Source: Anaerolineae bacterium
Lineage (GTDB): Bacteria > Chloroflexota > Anaerolineae > UBA1429
NCBI GenBank assembly: GCA_963675785.1
Contig: OY776562.1
Coordinates: forward strand, 1,472,001 to 1,536,000
Direction: 5' to 3'
Length of the DNA: 64,000 bases
Shown: piece after piece, positions 28,566-39,230 of the stretch
How the letters are laid out: each line of letters starts with the position of its first letter
Position numbering within the stretch: the first letter of the stretch is position 1
Made by a program: the position numbers and the translations under genes
Notes under the pieces: model-generated
Seen by the model: only the letters and a program-made list of their open reading frames with translations
What the model was told of the DNA's origin: nothing
Database searches by the model: none

Positions 28566-29012
28566 TCAACTCTCATCCTCAATCAGATAAAATCCCTCAG
28601 AATCACTACCATAAAGAGAAAAATTGTACACCTGCCCATAGTCAGCGTCTATTGCCAGGGGCTCACCAGCAGAACTCTCTTGGCCATCCTCAAGAATCAC
28701 AAAAACTTCTGTTCTAAATGCGGATAAATCCGAGTCTTCCGGAAAGTACGCCGCGATAAAATCTTCTGACAGCACATCGTTTTCCCTGATAGGTTTGTTC
28801 GAGGCATAAGTGACGAATCCTCCGCCAATCGGTTCTTCGCCCAAATAGTACTCATAGTGGAGTCCATAAATCTCGGAATCGCACTGGTTTGCTATCGAGA
28901 CGTAGAACGTATTCTCATCGGGCTGCAACTCACCGCTGCTTCCACAAGCAGCGAGCATAACAGAAGCTAATACAGTAATAAACACACACGCAAATCTTCT
29001 TTTCATTATCAT
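28566..29012 (-). CDS. Lipoprotein, unknown function
   Basis: Lipobox LAAC; GGAGG RBS. Confidence 0.75.
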   Translation of the reverse strand: MIMKRRFACVFITVLASVMLAACGSSGELQPDENTFYVSIANQCDSEIYGLHYEYYLGEEPIGGGFVTYASNKPIRENDVLSEDFIAAYFPEDSDLSAFRTEVFVILEDGQESSAGEPLAIDADYGQVYNFSLYGSDSEGFYLIEDES

Positions 29013-29079
29013 CCTCCATCATGAATTCTGTAAATAATCTTCACTGGAGCATCTATGACGCGTGTGCTTCGGCTTTTGT

Positions 29080-30507
29080 TCAATCAATCCGCTTCAAATC
29101 CCACAAATCCACCTCGCGCCAAGGCTCCCAATTGGGATTGCGCACCGGCATCTTGGCCTGCACCTTCTCTCGCCAATCTGCCAACATCGCCCGTAGCTCC
29201 GCCACCCTCTCGGGTTCACGCTCAGCCAGGTTGTGGTGCTCCCCCGGATCGTCACGTAGGTTGTAAAGCTCCAGCCGACCATCCTCGAAGAACGCGATGA
29301 GCTTCCAATCACCCGCCCGCAGCGAGGACCCCGGCGTGCCGCCCTGATTGCCATAATGGGGATAATGCCAATAGATGGCCTCACGATCGAGCGAATCGCG
29401 CTCTCCCCGTAGCAGCGGCGCCATCGAGAGGCCATCCGTATGCTGTTCGGGGCGCGGCAGTAACCCTGCCATCTCTAGCAGGGTGGGGTAAAAGTCGGGG
29501 CTGGTGACTGGCTCCTCACAAATGGCGCCGGCCTGGGTAACGCCCGGCCAAATGATGAACAGCGGCTCGCGCGTACCGCCCTCGTACATCCAGCCCTTGC
29601 CCTCGGCCAATGGCGTGTTGCAGGTCGGCGAACCTTCGGCAGTAGCCAACCCGCCGTTATCCGAAGTAAAGATGAACACCGTATTCTCAGCCTGGCCCGT
29701 CTCCTGCAGCACCTGCCACAGCCGCCCAATGTTCTCGTCCACGCTGTCGATCATGGCCGCATACACTGCATCCGATTGCAGCAGCCGCCGGCGAATGCGC
29801 TGGTCCTTTTTGTGCTCACAGGGGAAATAGTCGCCCTCCTCAAAGGTAGGCTGCACATCCAGGCCCAACGCATGGGCTTTGCGCTTGTACTTGGCCACCT
29901 TTTCCGGTTTGGCCTGGATGGGAATATGCACCTGGTAATACCACAGATTGAGGAAGAAAGGCCGCTCATCGTCGTGCTGACGAATCAGGCGGATGGCCTC
30001 GTCAGTCAGGTGGTCGGTCAGGTACTCCCCTTTCGGCCTCTCGGGCAGCGTCTCAATGTGCCAAGGGCTGAAATAGCCATCCTTGGGGTGTCCCCAGGCA
30101 CACCCACCGATATTCACCTCAAACCCGTGGCGATCGGGATAATAATCACGCGGCCCCAGGTGCCATTTTCCCACGTGCCAGGTGGCATAGCCGCCCATGG
30201 CCAGTGCCGCAGCCAGCGAGGTCTCTTCCAAAGGCAGGTGATCGATATAGGGCGCATCGATGAGCTTGCCCCGCGCCTTGCCCCCGATATAGTTGGTCAC
30301 CCCCACCGAAGCGGGATATTTGCCGCTCATGATACTGGCGCGAGTAGGCGAACATACCGGACAGGCGGCATACGCGTTGGTAAAACGCACCCCTTGAGCG
30401 CACAGACTGTCGATATTGGGCGTCTCATAGAAGGTGCTGCCGGTGCAGCCCAGGTCTTTCCAGCCCATGTCGTCCATGAGCACGAATACGATATTGGGTT
30501 GAGACAT
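29080..30507 (-). CDS. Sulfatase (Cys-type arylsulfatase/GalNAc-sulfatase-like)
   Basis: PNIVFVLMDDMGW, CSPTR, GKWHLG, SDNGG, GKGWMYEGGTR. Confidence 0.93.
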   Translation of the reverse strand: MSQPNIVFVLMDDMGWKDLGCTGSTFYETPNIDSLCAQGVRFTNAYAACPVCSPTRASIMSGKYPASVGVTNYIGGKARGKLIDAPYIDHLPLEETSLAAALAMGGYATWHVGKWHLGPRDYYPDRHGFEVNIGGCAWGHPKDGYFSPWHIETLPERPKGEYLTDHLTDEAIRLIRQHDDERPFFLNLWYYQVHIPIQAKPEKVAKYKRKAHALGLDVQPTFEEGDYFPCEHKKDQRIRRRLLQSDAVYAAMIDSVDENIGRLWQVLQETGQAENTVFIFTSDNGGLATAEGSPTCNTPLAEGKGWMYEGGTREPLFIIWPGVTQAGAICEEPVTSPDFYPTLLEMAGLLPRPEQHTDGLSMAPLLRGERDSLDREAIYWHYPHYGNQGGTPGSSLRAGDWKLIAFFEDGRLELYNLRDDPGEHHNLAEREPERVAELRAMLADWREKVQAKMPVRNPNWEPWREVDLWDLKRID

Positions 30508-30678
30508 GGCTTACTCCTGCGTTGAAAATGGCTAAAGATGGTATAGCCCAAGCACGGGGTCAGGGCAATCCCTCTAAATAGAGACACCCCGCGTTAGCGG
30601 GGTGCCCCAAAAAGGAGGAGAACAGGAGATGCTGCACAATCCAATGGATCTCTCCTAGGATTGAAGAATGATAGCGGT

Positions 30679-31074
30679 CTATTCGACGCTGACCGCAAGC
30701 GTATAGGTCTCGATAGGAGGCACACTTTCCCAAATGCGCATATAGCCCAATTCGAGATCGACTTGCCCCGCTTCGAGTGCCTCAAAGGTAAAGGTAAAAG
30801 TACCCCCCGAACCCACGATATCCTCATCCGTCTCATCGGCTACGTACTCGGGATCATCCGCATGGCCCAATACCGGCTCAGTGTTCGTCATTAACAGCCA
30901 CTGGTAACCCGTCGTTGGGTTACCCGCTAACGAGATTTCGAGCGTGTCGCCAACGTTGAGGGTAACCTCGCTACCATTGTCATCGGCACCCAAGGTCGTA
31001 GCAGAGGCCCCGCAACCAGCGCACAAGGGCACCAGCAAAGCAACCAATACCACCAACCCTATTGCGCGATTCAT
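30679..31074 (-). CDS. Chagasin/I42 protease-inhibitor family lipoprotein
   Basis: NPTTGYQW, VGSGG and Y.R.WE motifs; lipobox CAGC. Confidence 0.88.
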   Translation of the reverse strand: MNRAIGLVVLVALLVPLCAGCGASATTLGADDNGSEVTLNVGDTLEISLAGNPTTGYQWLLMTNTEPVLGHADDPEYVADETDEDIVGSGGTFTFTFEALEAGQVDLELGYMRIWESVPPIETYTLAVSVE

Positions 31075-31149
31075 ATGATCACCTCAACTGCTTTATGGCT
31101 TCATTCCCAAGAACGGACAAGCTGTCCAAAAAGTTCCCAGAAAGCAGCG

Positions 31150-31476
31150 CTATTTCTTTGCTGTCCCATGCCCCCTATGTTCACTAAGTAATTCATCGGT
31201 CTTCGTTATTATCTCGCCCGTCACTGCATCTTTTACGATTTCAATGTATCTATCATTAGCACGGTCCGTCTTTCGATACACTTCAACCTGCCTGCCATCG
31301 CTTGCATTGAAGCGCTCAATGAATCTAAGCTCTTCGTACTCGGTGGCATGACCTTTTGAATGAAAGGTGGGATCGCGTTTCTTGATCTTTATACACTCTA
31401 ACGCATGGATTTTCTCATCAATAATCACTTGTTTATCACTGGATATTTCAATGTCCTTGTTATCAAAGTCTTTCAT
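31150..31476 (-). CDS. Hypothetical protein
   Basis: 108-aa charged ORF with a GGAGG RBS in an AT-rich patch. Confidence 0.6.
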   Translation of the reverse strand: MKDFDNKDIEISSDKQVIIDEKIHALECIKIKKRDPTFHSKGHATEYEELRFIERFNASDGRQVEVYRKTDRANDRYIEIVKDAVTGEIITKTDELLSEHRGHGTAKK

Positions 31477-32313
31477 GGTGAATAATTCCTCCCCAATAAA
31501 GTGCTGGTTTCTAGGAACCGCCTTGCTCCCGCTTTACCGATTCTCCCCTGTGCACAGCTAGGCTTCCTGAAGCAACACCAATGACAGTGCCAAGTACAGC
31601 ACCAACGGCTGTATCAAATCTATCATACAAAGCCAAAACAGCTAGAACATACGCAGCCACTATTGCTATTACTACTCGACCAAGATCACCCTGTTCGAGC
31701 ATACGTTCTTTAATGGAAACTATCCATATCCTTTATGCGCAAGTTAAGTCTCTTACTGCTATCAAACAAGGATCTACTATTGGATTGACTAATCTTTTCC
31801 ATCATTGAAAAAATCCAAGGAAAAGCAGGACAACATAGCAAATAAGAGGTTTGGGCCAAAATTACACACAACATCCCATTGCCTATCAGCAAGATGCGAT
31901 GTCTGGGGAGCGCATAAAACGAGGATTAGAAATATGGCGAAATATACTTTGACAAACCGATAGGGATCACTAGAGCCTTTGTTCATTATGGACCTCCAAA
32001 AGATTAGGTGGTTTCCATAACCAATCTCCTTTCTTCTGTCAACATTCTTTAGACGTTGATCTAATGTTGAATCATACTGGAACTTATGATCTGCCAATAT
32101 CACATCCATCAAACGAAAGATATTATAGCACACAATAAACTACATGTCAATATCAGTAACCATGATATTTGACAATCTTACAACTATAAAACAGGAAAAA
32201 ACAAGTGCCAGTGGCTTATTATAGGTATTTTTGAATGCGGAGGCTCAAAACACCTGGGGTTCATATGACAGAATAAACCACCCTGCCACTTGGTCTGACA
32301 GGGTGGTCAAAAT

Positions 32314-33075
32314 CTAGTGAAGGATCTTGCTCAAAAACTCGCGGGTGCGCTGTTCGCGGGGATTATCATAGAGCTCCTCGGGTGTGGTGTCTTCGACGAT
32401 GGTGCCGCCATCCATAAAAAGCACGCGATCGGCAGCATTGCGGGCAAAACCCATCTCGTGACTGACTACCACCATGGTCATGCCCTCTTTGGCAAGCTGG
32501 AGCATGACGTCCAGCACTTCTTTGATCATCTCGGGATCGAGTGCACTGGTGGGTTCGTCAAAGAGCATGATCTGGGGACGCATCGCCAGAGCACGAGCGA
32601 TAGCCACACGCTGTTGCTGCCCACCAGAGAGCTGGCCCGGGTAGGCTTCCGCCTTTTCGTGAATACCCACCTTGTCCAGCAGGTCGCGCGCAATGGATTC
32701 GGCCTCAGCGCGACTCTGCTTGCGTACCACACGCGGCGCCAAAGTAATATTGTCCATCACACTAAGGTGCGGGAACAGGTTAAACTGCTGAAAGACCATG
32801 CCGGTCTCCATGCGCACCCTGTTAATATTCTCGGCCTCGGTAAGGGGCACGCCATCCACCACGATCTCGCCCGAATCTGGCACCTCGAGGTGGTTGATGC
32901 AGCGCAGCATGGTGCTCTTGCCCGTGCCGCTGGGCCCAATGACCACCACCACTTCGCCGCGGCTGATGGTCGTAGTGACGTTGTCCAGAGCGACAATGCG
33001 CCCGTGGTTGAATGTCTTGGATAGATTGCGAATCTGAATGATGGGATCAGCAGCCGGAGCGGCTATTGTTGTCAT
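32314..33075 (-). CDS. glnQ: Polar amino acid ABC transporter ATP-binding protein
   Basis: [42 protein letters not shown]. Confidence 0.93.
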   Translation of the reverse strand: MTTIAAPAADPIIQIRNLSKTFNHGRIVALDNVTTTISRGEVVVVIGPSGTGKSTMLRCINHLEVPDSGEIVVDGVPLTEAENINRVRMETGMVFQQFNLFPHLSVMDNITLAPRVVRKQSRAEAESIARDLLDKVGIHEKAEAYPGQLSGGQQQRVAIARALAMRPQIMLFDEPTSALDPEMIKEVLDVMLQLAKEGMTMVVVSHEMGFARNAADRVLFMDGGTIVEDTTPEELYDNPREQRTREFLSKILH

Positions 33076-33093
33076 GATTTGCCTCCTCTCGGC

Positions 33094-34575
33094 CTAGCGC
33101 TCTGCCTTGGAGCGCGATTCGATATACTCGACGATTCGTGAAGCGAACAATGTCAGCACCAGATAGCACAAGGCCACCAAAATCCAGGTCTCAAAGCTGA
33201 GAAAGGTGCGCGACATGTATTCGCGTCCGCGACGGGTGAGATCGGATACGGCCAACACCGATACCAGGGTCGAGTCCTTGAGCAGAGCGACGAACTCGTT
33301 GCCCACCGGCGGCAGGATGACACGAATAGCCTGGGGCAGGACGATGTAGCGCATAGCCTGAAAACTGGACATGCCCAGGGAGCGAGCGGCTTCCAACTGG
33401 CCTGAATGGATACTGGCGATGCCGGCACGAAAGACCTCACTGCCGTAAGCGCCGTAGCAGATGGTCAAACCGACCACCGCAGCCGTAAAGGCATCGAGCC
33501 GCAGCTCAAGAAAATAGTTGGCAGCGCCCTCTAGCGAGGGTGATATGGCCAACAGAGCATTGCCAATGCCATCGAACACCTGCGGTAGTGCGTACCAGAT
33601 GAACAACAACTGGACGAGCAAAGGAATGCCGCGGATGACCTCGACATAGAGTGAAGAGATGCCATAAATGACGGAATTCTTGCTGAGCCGCCCCAGGCCG
33701 CCCAACAAGCTGACCACCAAAATAAAGGCAAAAGAGACGACCACCAGCTTGAGCGTAACAACGATGCCATCCGAGATGAACAACCAGATATCATAATAGG
33801 GATGCGGCATAAAGCGAGCCAGCAGCCAGATGGTAAGAGCTGCCACAAAGACCAGCACCCACCAGCTAAAGACCTTGCGATTGGTAAGACGCGGCAAATA
33901 GAACAGTGCAGCAGCGGCAGTTAGGACGGCACCGGCCAACCAGATGTAGAAAGAGGGCGTGGGAGCCAGGCGACCATCCAGTGGCAGCAGGTCCATGTTG
34001 AAATCGATGGTTTCGAGCCAGGCAAAGGGCACGGCCAACAAAGCCAGCAGCGCAAGATAGACCGCCGGCTGAATCAGCTTGTGGGGAAAGGGCACCCCTT
34101 GAAATACCGCCCTGGCCGTAGGAATACCAATGAGCAGTCCGGCGGCAAGCGGCACCAGCAGCCACAACATAAAGCTCCAAAGCTGCAGGACCTGTGAACT
34201 GATGACTGCCTGAACAAACCAGGTGAGCGGCGCCCCCCAATGGCCGCGCACGGCAGCCACCACGATGGAAAGACGTTTGAGGCTCTCGCCCACTGTCGGT
34301 GCTTCGTCTTGCTCATAGTGCTGATTGTGCACCAGCACGTCATAGGTGCTGCTTATCACGGTATCGTCGCTAAAATGCGAGATAGCCCGAGTTACGCGAT
34401 CGGGGAAAACGGGCAGCAGCATACCCACAAGCAACAGAACACAACCTGCAAGCAAGAATTTGAGCTGCCATGGAGCCGGCCGAGTCTCATCCATAGAACT
34501 ACTCCTAAAGCGAACGGGGCCAGGTGGACGCCGAATTCGGCGCATCACCAGGCCCCTTTGCTTGATGCTTTTCAC
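33094..34575 (-). CDS. Polar amino acid ABC transporter permease with long N-terminal membrane extension
   Basis: YVEVIRGIPLLVQL, GQLEAARSLG, PQAIRVILPP..NEFVALLKDS. Confidence 0.88.
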   Translation of the reverse strand: MKSIKQRGLVMRRIRRPPGPVRFRSSSMDETRPAPWQLKFLLAGCVLLLVGMLLPVFPDRVTRAISHFSDDTVISSTYDVLVHNQHYEQDEAPTVGESLKRLSIVVAAVRGHWGAPLTWFVQAVISSQVLQLWSFMLWLLVPLAAGLLIGIPTARAVFQGVPFPHKLIQPAVYLALLALLAVPFAWLETIDFNMDLLPLDGRLAPTPSFYIWLAGAVLTAAAALFYLPRLTNRKVFSWWVLVFVAALTIWLLARFMPHPYYDIWLFISDGIVVTLKLVVVSFAFILVVSLLGGLGRLSKNSVIYGISSLYVEVIRGIPLLVQLLFIWYALPQVFDGIGNALLAISPSLEGAANYFLELRLDAFTAAVVGLTICYGAYGSEVFRAGIASIHSGQLEAARSLGMSSFQAMRYIVLPQAIRVILPPVGNEFVALLKDSTLVSVLAVSDLTRRGREYMSRTFLSFETWILVALCYLVLTLFASRIVEYIESRSKAER

Positions 34576-34622
34576 AACACCCGATTTAGCACATGAACGC
34601 TACATACGGGCAATAACCAAGA

Positions 34623-35384
34623 TCAGACGGGCATCCACTTGTTATAGATCTCTTCGTAGGTGCCGTTGTCCTTGAGAATCTGCAACCCCTCGTTGAACAT
34701 CTCCAAGAACTCGGCATCCTCGCCCTTGCGGACGAGCGCACCAAAGAACTCGTCAGTGATCATGTCACCAACAACTGTGAGCTTGCCAGAGAACTCTTCA
34801 GAGGAGAGGGCAAAGTCCACGGCCACGGGCATATCACAGATGACGGCGTCGACGTTACCATTGACCAGGTCAAGCAAGGCCAGATCGACGTTGTCGTATT
34901 CCTTGAGCTCGGCAGTGGTCATATCCGTTACAGCAAAAGCACCCGTGGTGCCAATCTGGGCGCCCACAACCATGCCTTCCACCAAATCCTGAACACCTGT
35001 AATATTCGTCTCTTCGGTACGAATGACGACAGACTGACCGGCGTTGATGTAGGGATCGGTGAAATCGTACAGTTCCTGGCGATCTTCGCGGATGGTCACA
35101 GCCGACATGACAACGTCATAGTCGCCCGCTTCGAGACCAGCGAAAATGCCATCCCAAGCCGTGTTCTTGAACTCGACCGTAAAGCCCATCTCATCAGCGA
35201 TGGCGTTCATGAGGTCGATGTCGAATCCGACGATTTCTTTGTCATCATCGACGTACTCGAACGGAGGCCAGGCGGCGTCGCAAGCGACGATGTAGGTGTC
35301 GTTGGATGCAGACTTGCTGCAACCAGTGAGGACGGTGCTGGCAAGCAAGAGTGCTACCAACACAAGCGCAACGGTTCGTTTCAT
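34623..35384 (-). CDS. Basic/polar amino acid ABC transporter substrate-binding lipoprotein
   Basis: Start MKRTV after GGGGGA; lipobox LTGC; PPFE..GFDIDL, VGAQIGTTG. Confidence 0.92.
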   Translation of the reverse strand: MKRTVALVLVALLLASTVLTGCSKSASNDTYIVACDAAWPPFEYVDDDKEIVGFDIDLMNAIADEMGFTVEFKNTAWDGIFAGLEAGDYDVVMSAVTIREDRQELYDFTDPYINAGQSVVIRTEETNITGVQDLVEGMVVGAQIGTTGAFAVTDMTTAELKEYDNVDLALLDLVNGNVDAVICDMPVAVDFALSSEEFSGKLTVVGDMITDEFFGALVRKGEDAEFLEMFNEGLQILKDNGTYEEIYNKWMPV

Positions 35385-35620
35385 GAGGTCTTCCCCCTGT
35401 GCAAAATAGTGCATCTGACGACAAAGTACATCGTCATGATGCGAACAGCACACTGCATCTTCATCGACGGGTAGGGCCTCCGGGCAGGAGGATACCGTTT
35501 CCCAGGCAGCATTGACCGGGAAGACCAGGGCCATATTGACTGATTCGCAGATTATACGCGCGTTGGCCTTCAAGAGGCAAACTGTTAAGCGAGAGCGTAA
35601 AGAGGCCTCAGCCGCCAAAC

Positions 35621-37210
35621 TTAGCGATCAACGCAATAGACGATGCCATCGCCCAGTCGGGCAAGGGGCTCAATGTTGACGATAGTTTGCAGCTCGGCAG
35701 GGGTGTAGAGATAGCTACGGCCAGCGTTGTCGAACCATACGAGCAGAGCTGGCGAGCTCTCTGGCCAAGTATTGGCAAGTTCATCCAAGGTATTGAGCAC
35801 CAGTGAAGATCGCCCCGCAGTTTCCTTTGGGCTAAATAACGTAGGACGATCCGCCAAGATATATGTTACATCAGGCGCGTTGGAAAAGGTTGGTCCGTCA
35901 AAAGAGAGCGACCGCAGATAGGCGACGGTCTCACTGGTCTGCCAGGAATCGGTTGCATATCCCCCCGCGCCTTCAGTAAGACACTTGGTCAGCCGATATC
36001 CCGAGACTATCCCGCCATAGAGAATAAAGACCACGACAAAGAGCGTCAGCGGCAAATGCCGTAGCCAGGTTCTCCCCTGCCAGCGTTGAGCGAGCCGAGC
36101 CATCAACACAAGCACGAGCCAAAGCAATGGCACGAATAGAGGTGACATCAGTCGCGAATCGATGACATCAATGGCCGCAGTGCTGGCACTGATGACGAGA
36201 AACAGGCCATAGATACAAGCGAACAACAAGGCAGAAAACGTCTCGTGCTGTAAAAGATGCACAGCACAATGTAACAAGGTGCCGCGCAACGCCCTATGCC
36301 GAGCCCATCGAACGAGCAGTATGACGGCAGCAGCAAGCCCTGCAGCCAATGCACCCACCGCCAGAGCCAGAGATATCTGAGGAAAGAGTTTGTAGGGCGT
36401 GATCCAGGAGACGAGCGCAGTAAAGGCTAACACGAGATTACACCCCAAACCATCGACCGAGGGAGCCCTACTGCCCATGAAAGAACCACACACAATCCAA
36501 TTCCGCCAGAGCCAAAGGGCCAACGGCAGAGCCGCCGCAAGAGAGAACAGCACACCCTGGCGCATCCGTACCATCCAACGCTGGCGGTCATCAAGCAGGA
36601 CGAGCACCAAGCCAGTGGCGATGAGGGTAACACCAATATAGCGCGTAAGAGCTGCCAGCGCCGCCACGATACACATACTCACCAGGGAACCCCATCCAGC
36701 GAAGCGTCGCCAACGTTGGGCAAACAGCAGAAAAAGCACCACCCACAGGATGAATAGCAGCTCGCTCAAGGCCATGCGTGAAACCGACAAGAGAGGCTCG
36801 GCGAGGACCAGAGCAATCGAACCGAACAAAGCAAATGGGCGTCCCCCGCATTCTGAACGGACGAACAGCAACGAGCCCGTCCCCGCAATCAGCCCAAAAA
36901 GCAAGGTATTCACCCATGCCGCGGAGTACAGTGGATCTACGCCAGTGAGCCAGTAGACCGCGGCCAGCAGGGCGGGATAGAGCGGCGGCCAGTTGACCAT
37001 GGGCTCGCCCAGATACGTGGTCAGGGTACCATCCGTAACCAAACTGCGGGCCGCGCTGATATAGCCCACCGAATCGGAAGAGAGGCCCGCCCCATAGCGA
37101 CTGGTAGCCAGCAAAACCAGGGCGCAACCAAGCAGGCCCGTGCAAACTGGCAGCAGCCAATCGTGTCGGTGGTGCATACAAGTATCGGAGAGGGGTATTT
37201 CCATGCCCAT
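35621..37210 (-). CDS. GT-C (ArnT/PMT-like) membrane glycosyltransferase
   Basis: DSVGY near the N-terminus, WPPLYP, LSELLF, ALTRYIG; more than 10 TM helices. Confidence 0.8.
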   Translation of the reverse strand: MGMEIPLSDTCMHHRHDWLLPVCTGLLGCALVLLATSRYGAGLSSDSVGYISAARSLVTDGTLTTYLGEPMVNWPPLYPALLAAVYWLTGVDPLYSAAWVNTLLFGLIAGTGSLLFVRSECGGRPFALFGSIALVLAEPLLSVSRMALSELLFILWVVLFLLFAQRWRRFAGWGSLVSMCIVAALAALTRYIGVTLIATGLVLVLLDDRQRWMVRMRQGVLFSLAAALPLALWLWRNWIVCGSFMGSRAPSVDGLGCNLVLAFTALVSWITPYKLFPQISLALAVGALAAGLAAAVILLVRWARHRALRGTLLHCAVHLLQHETFSALLFACIYGLFLVISASTAAIDVIDSRLMSPLFVPLLWLVLVLMARLAQRWQGRTWLRHLPLTLFVVVFILYGGIVSGYRLTKCLTEGAGGYATDSWQTSETVAYLRSLSFDGPTFSNAPDVTYILADRPTLFSPKETAGRSSLVLNTLDELANTWPESSPALLVWFDNAGRSYLYTPAELQTIVNIEPLARLGDGIVYCVDR

Positions 37211-37302
37211 TACAGCAAAACAACCGGCAGAATGAGGCGCGAGACGTGCGCGATATCGTAAAAACTGGTACTACCTCGCTCGATGATGTAGGTTTTGTTC
37301 AT
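37210..37302 (-). CDS. 30-aa small ORF translationally coupled to the glycosyltransferase
   Basis: GGAGG RBS; MNKTYIIERGSTSFYDIAHVSRLILPVVLL*; its stop overlaps the next start (TAATG). Confidence 0.5.
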   Translation of the reverse strand: MNKTYIIERGSTSFYDIAHVSRLILPVVLL

Positions 37303-37608
37303 GAGGGCCCTCCGTATGTGCTGCGGGTATGTTAGCGCGAGGTGCGGTGAGGGGTCAAGAGGAATAACGCGGCAAACTGAAATCCATCACTGAAACAAAA
37401 CACGACAGAGGGTTTTAACCCCACGAGCACTATGGACACCCAACCCTACCAGTACACGCGCACAAACCCTCTGAACGCAGCATTACCCGACAAGCCTGTG
37501 GAACACGTCCGGATGGACCGAGTTATCGCCGTCGTGGCCTCCGGGGTTTGCCAGCTTATCCATTAATAAGCAGTTGGGCTTCTTTAAAGAGACGTACAAG
37601 CGCTAGAT

Positions 37609-37797
37609 CTACTTTTGCTTTACCGCATCAATAACTCTTATAAAAGCACCGCAAACGGCACCGAGAAAAGACATCGCCATTCCCAACAAAATATAACGAT
37701 TATCCGTTACCATGTATCCCCATAAAGCGAACATGCCAAGTACTACCAAAAAGTGGATGAATATCTTGTGACTCAATACAGAACGAAGCGTCTTCAT
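37609..37797 (-). CDS. Small two-TM membrane protein
   Basis: 62 aa, two hydrophobic helices, GGGGG RBS. Confidence 0.55.
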   Translation of the reverse strand: MKTLRSVLSHKIFIHFLVVLGMFALWGYMVTDNRYILLGMAMSFLGAVCGAFIRVIDAVKQK

Positions 37798-38071
37798 CTC
37801 GATACCCCCAAAATTACCAGCCTGACAAATACTCTTCCCCGATTAGCTCGTATCATCCACAATTCATTGTGATTAACCCGAGTTGATATGTCAACAGAGT
37901 CTCTCAAAACCTGCTTTACCTATCGAAAAGCAAACACGCCTTACGGCAAAAAAAGGCCTCTGGAAGCATCATGATGCATACCACCCTTTTGGGGGACGCG
38001 TTTGGGGTGCATTTTTAGAAGTGAACTTTCATCACTAATACGACATAGTTACCAATCTGTTCGTATTCCCA

Positions 38072-38551
38072 TTACTCTGTGTGAAGATCACTTTTCGCAA
38101 TTAGGATTATTGCATCTAGAGCGTCGCGATAAGCTTTATAATTCTCATTGTATGCGCTCCATAAATCCTTCTCCCAATCAGGATCGGGGCGTTCTATAAG
38201 TGTTTTGATGACTTGGCTGGCATCTTCTCGAACATAATAGTTGCCGGCATAATACGCCTTCTTGACTCTACGAATAGCCTGGCGCCAAAGGATATCCACC
38301 TTCTTATCTGATTCAGGTTCATCTGCCGAGCTCAAACACCTCGCCTGTTCGACTTCGCAATACTCCAAAAGATCAGTCAGCGCTTCCACAATAGCATCAT
38401 AGGCTTGTGCTCTACGCTCCCATCTTTTCTCAGAATAGAATTGGCGAAGGCCAGATCTAACAGCGAAAAATGAACCTATACCTGCAGAAATAATGCCGAG
38501 AAGAAAAGTAATTCCGAATTCAGCTGCTGTTTGAAAGGATCCCGTCGGCAT
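38072..38551 (-). CDS. Hypothetical protein with N-terminal TM helix
   Basis: AAGGAG RBS; one TM helix followed by a helical domain. Confidence 0.7.
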   Translation of the reverse strand: MPTGSFQTAAEFGITFLLGIISAGIGSFFAVRSGLRQFYSEKRWERRAQAYDAIVEALTDLLEYCEVEQARCLSSADEPESDKKVDILWRQAIRRVKKAYYAGNYYVREDASQVIKTLIERPDPDWEKDLWSAYNENYKAYRDALDAIILIAKSDLHTE

Positions 38552-38622
38552 GGTCTCTCCTTAACGAATTCAAGACCTTGGAGCAATAGGCAACTACAAA
38601 AGAGCATTCTACCAAAACCTCC

Positions 38623-39186
38623 CTACGCCCCCACCCCTCGCCCCAGCGCATACGCCGCCTCAATCGCCTCTGGCTTGGCCATCAAATCATCCAGACAATC
38701 CACCTCCGTCACCGAAAGGCTACCCACGGGCGTAATACCCAAGTGCCCGTAATAATGCGCGATAGAGGCGATGATATGCTGATTCTCTCCCTCAGAGGAG
38801 CCAGCCCGCAAAGCAATAGCCAGCCCCACCTTGCCCGCAGGCACCAGTGGATGATTGGGGTTCGTGTTGCAATAGGGCGTGTTGCGGTCAAAAAACACCT
38901 TCAACTGGCCGGTCACGTCGCCCCAATATGAGGGCGAAGCGATGAGCACGATATCAGCGGCCAATAAGTCAGCCATGATGGTATCCATGTCGTCGTGCTG
39001 CACACACTGGCCGCCCGGCTGGTAGCAGGCCTTGCAGCCGCGGCAATAGGCGATGTGCGCCTTTCCCAAACAGTAGCGGCTCACCTCGTTCACCCCACCA
39101 TCGCGCAGGCCAGCAATCGCCTGATCAACCAGGTGTGCCGTGCTGCCGTTATCGCGGGCACTGCCGTTGATACAAATTGCGCGCAT
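38623..39186 (-). CDS. Flavodoxin-like iron-sulfur flavoprotein / NADPH-dependent FMN reductase
   Basis: INGSAR..GST, CRGCKAC..C..HDDM, ASPSYWG...LKVFFDR. Confidence 0.88.
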   Translation of the reverse strand: MRAICINGSARDNGSTAHLVDQAIAGLRDGGVNEVSRYCLGKAHIAYCRGCKACYQPGGQCVQHDDMDTIMADLLAADIVLIASPSYWGDVTGQLKVFFDRNTPYCNTNPNHPLVPAGKVGLAIALRAGSSEGENQHIIASIAHYYGHLGITPVGSLSVTEVDCLDDLMAKPEAIEAAYALGRGVGA

Positions 39187-39230
39187 AAAACCCTCCCGAG
39201 GTTACGTTGACTCCCCCACAAAAAGCCGTT

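Noticed and set aside
2861-30507. A glycosaminoglycan utilisation locus (heparinase plus two sulfatases)
   Set aside because: The genes are not clustered or co-oriented, and no sugar transporter or regulator links them.
30679-31074. Chagasin inhibitor as immunity to the Rhs protease
   Set aside because: I42 inhibitors target papain-like cysteine proteases, and the gene lies outside the toxin locus.
31511-32133. Short AT-rich minus-strand ORFs
   Set aside because: Fragmentary, with no recognisable motifs; possibly a decayed gene, but not supportable.
35385-35618. N-terminal extension of the ABC binding protein
   Set aside because: The lipoprotein signal and RBS place the start at 35384.
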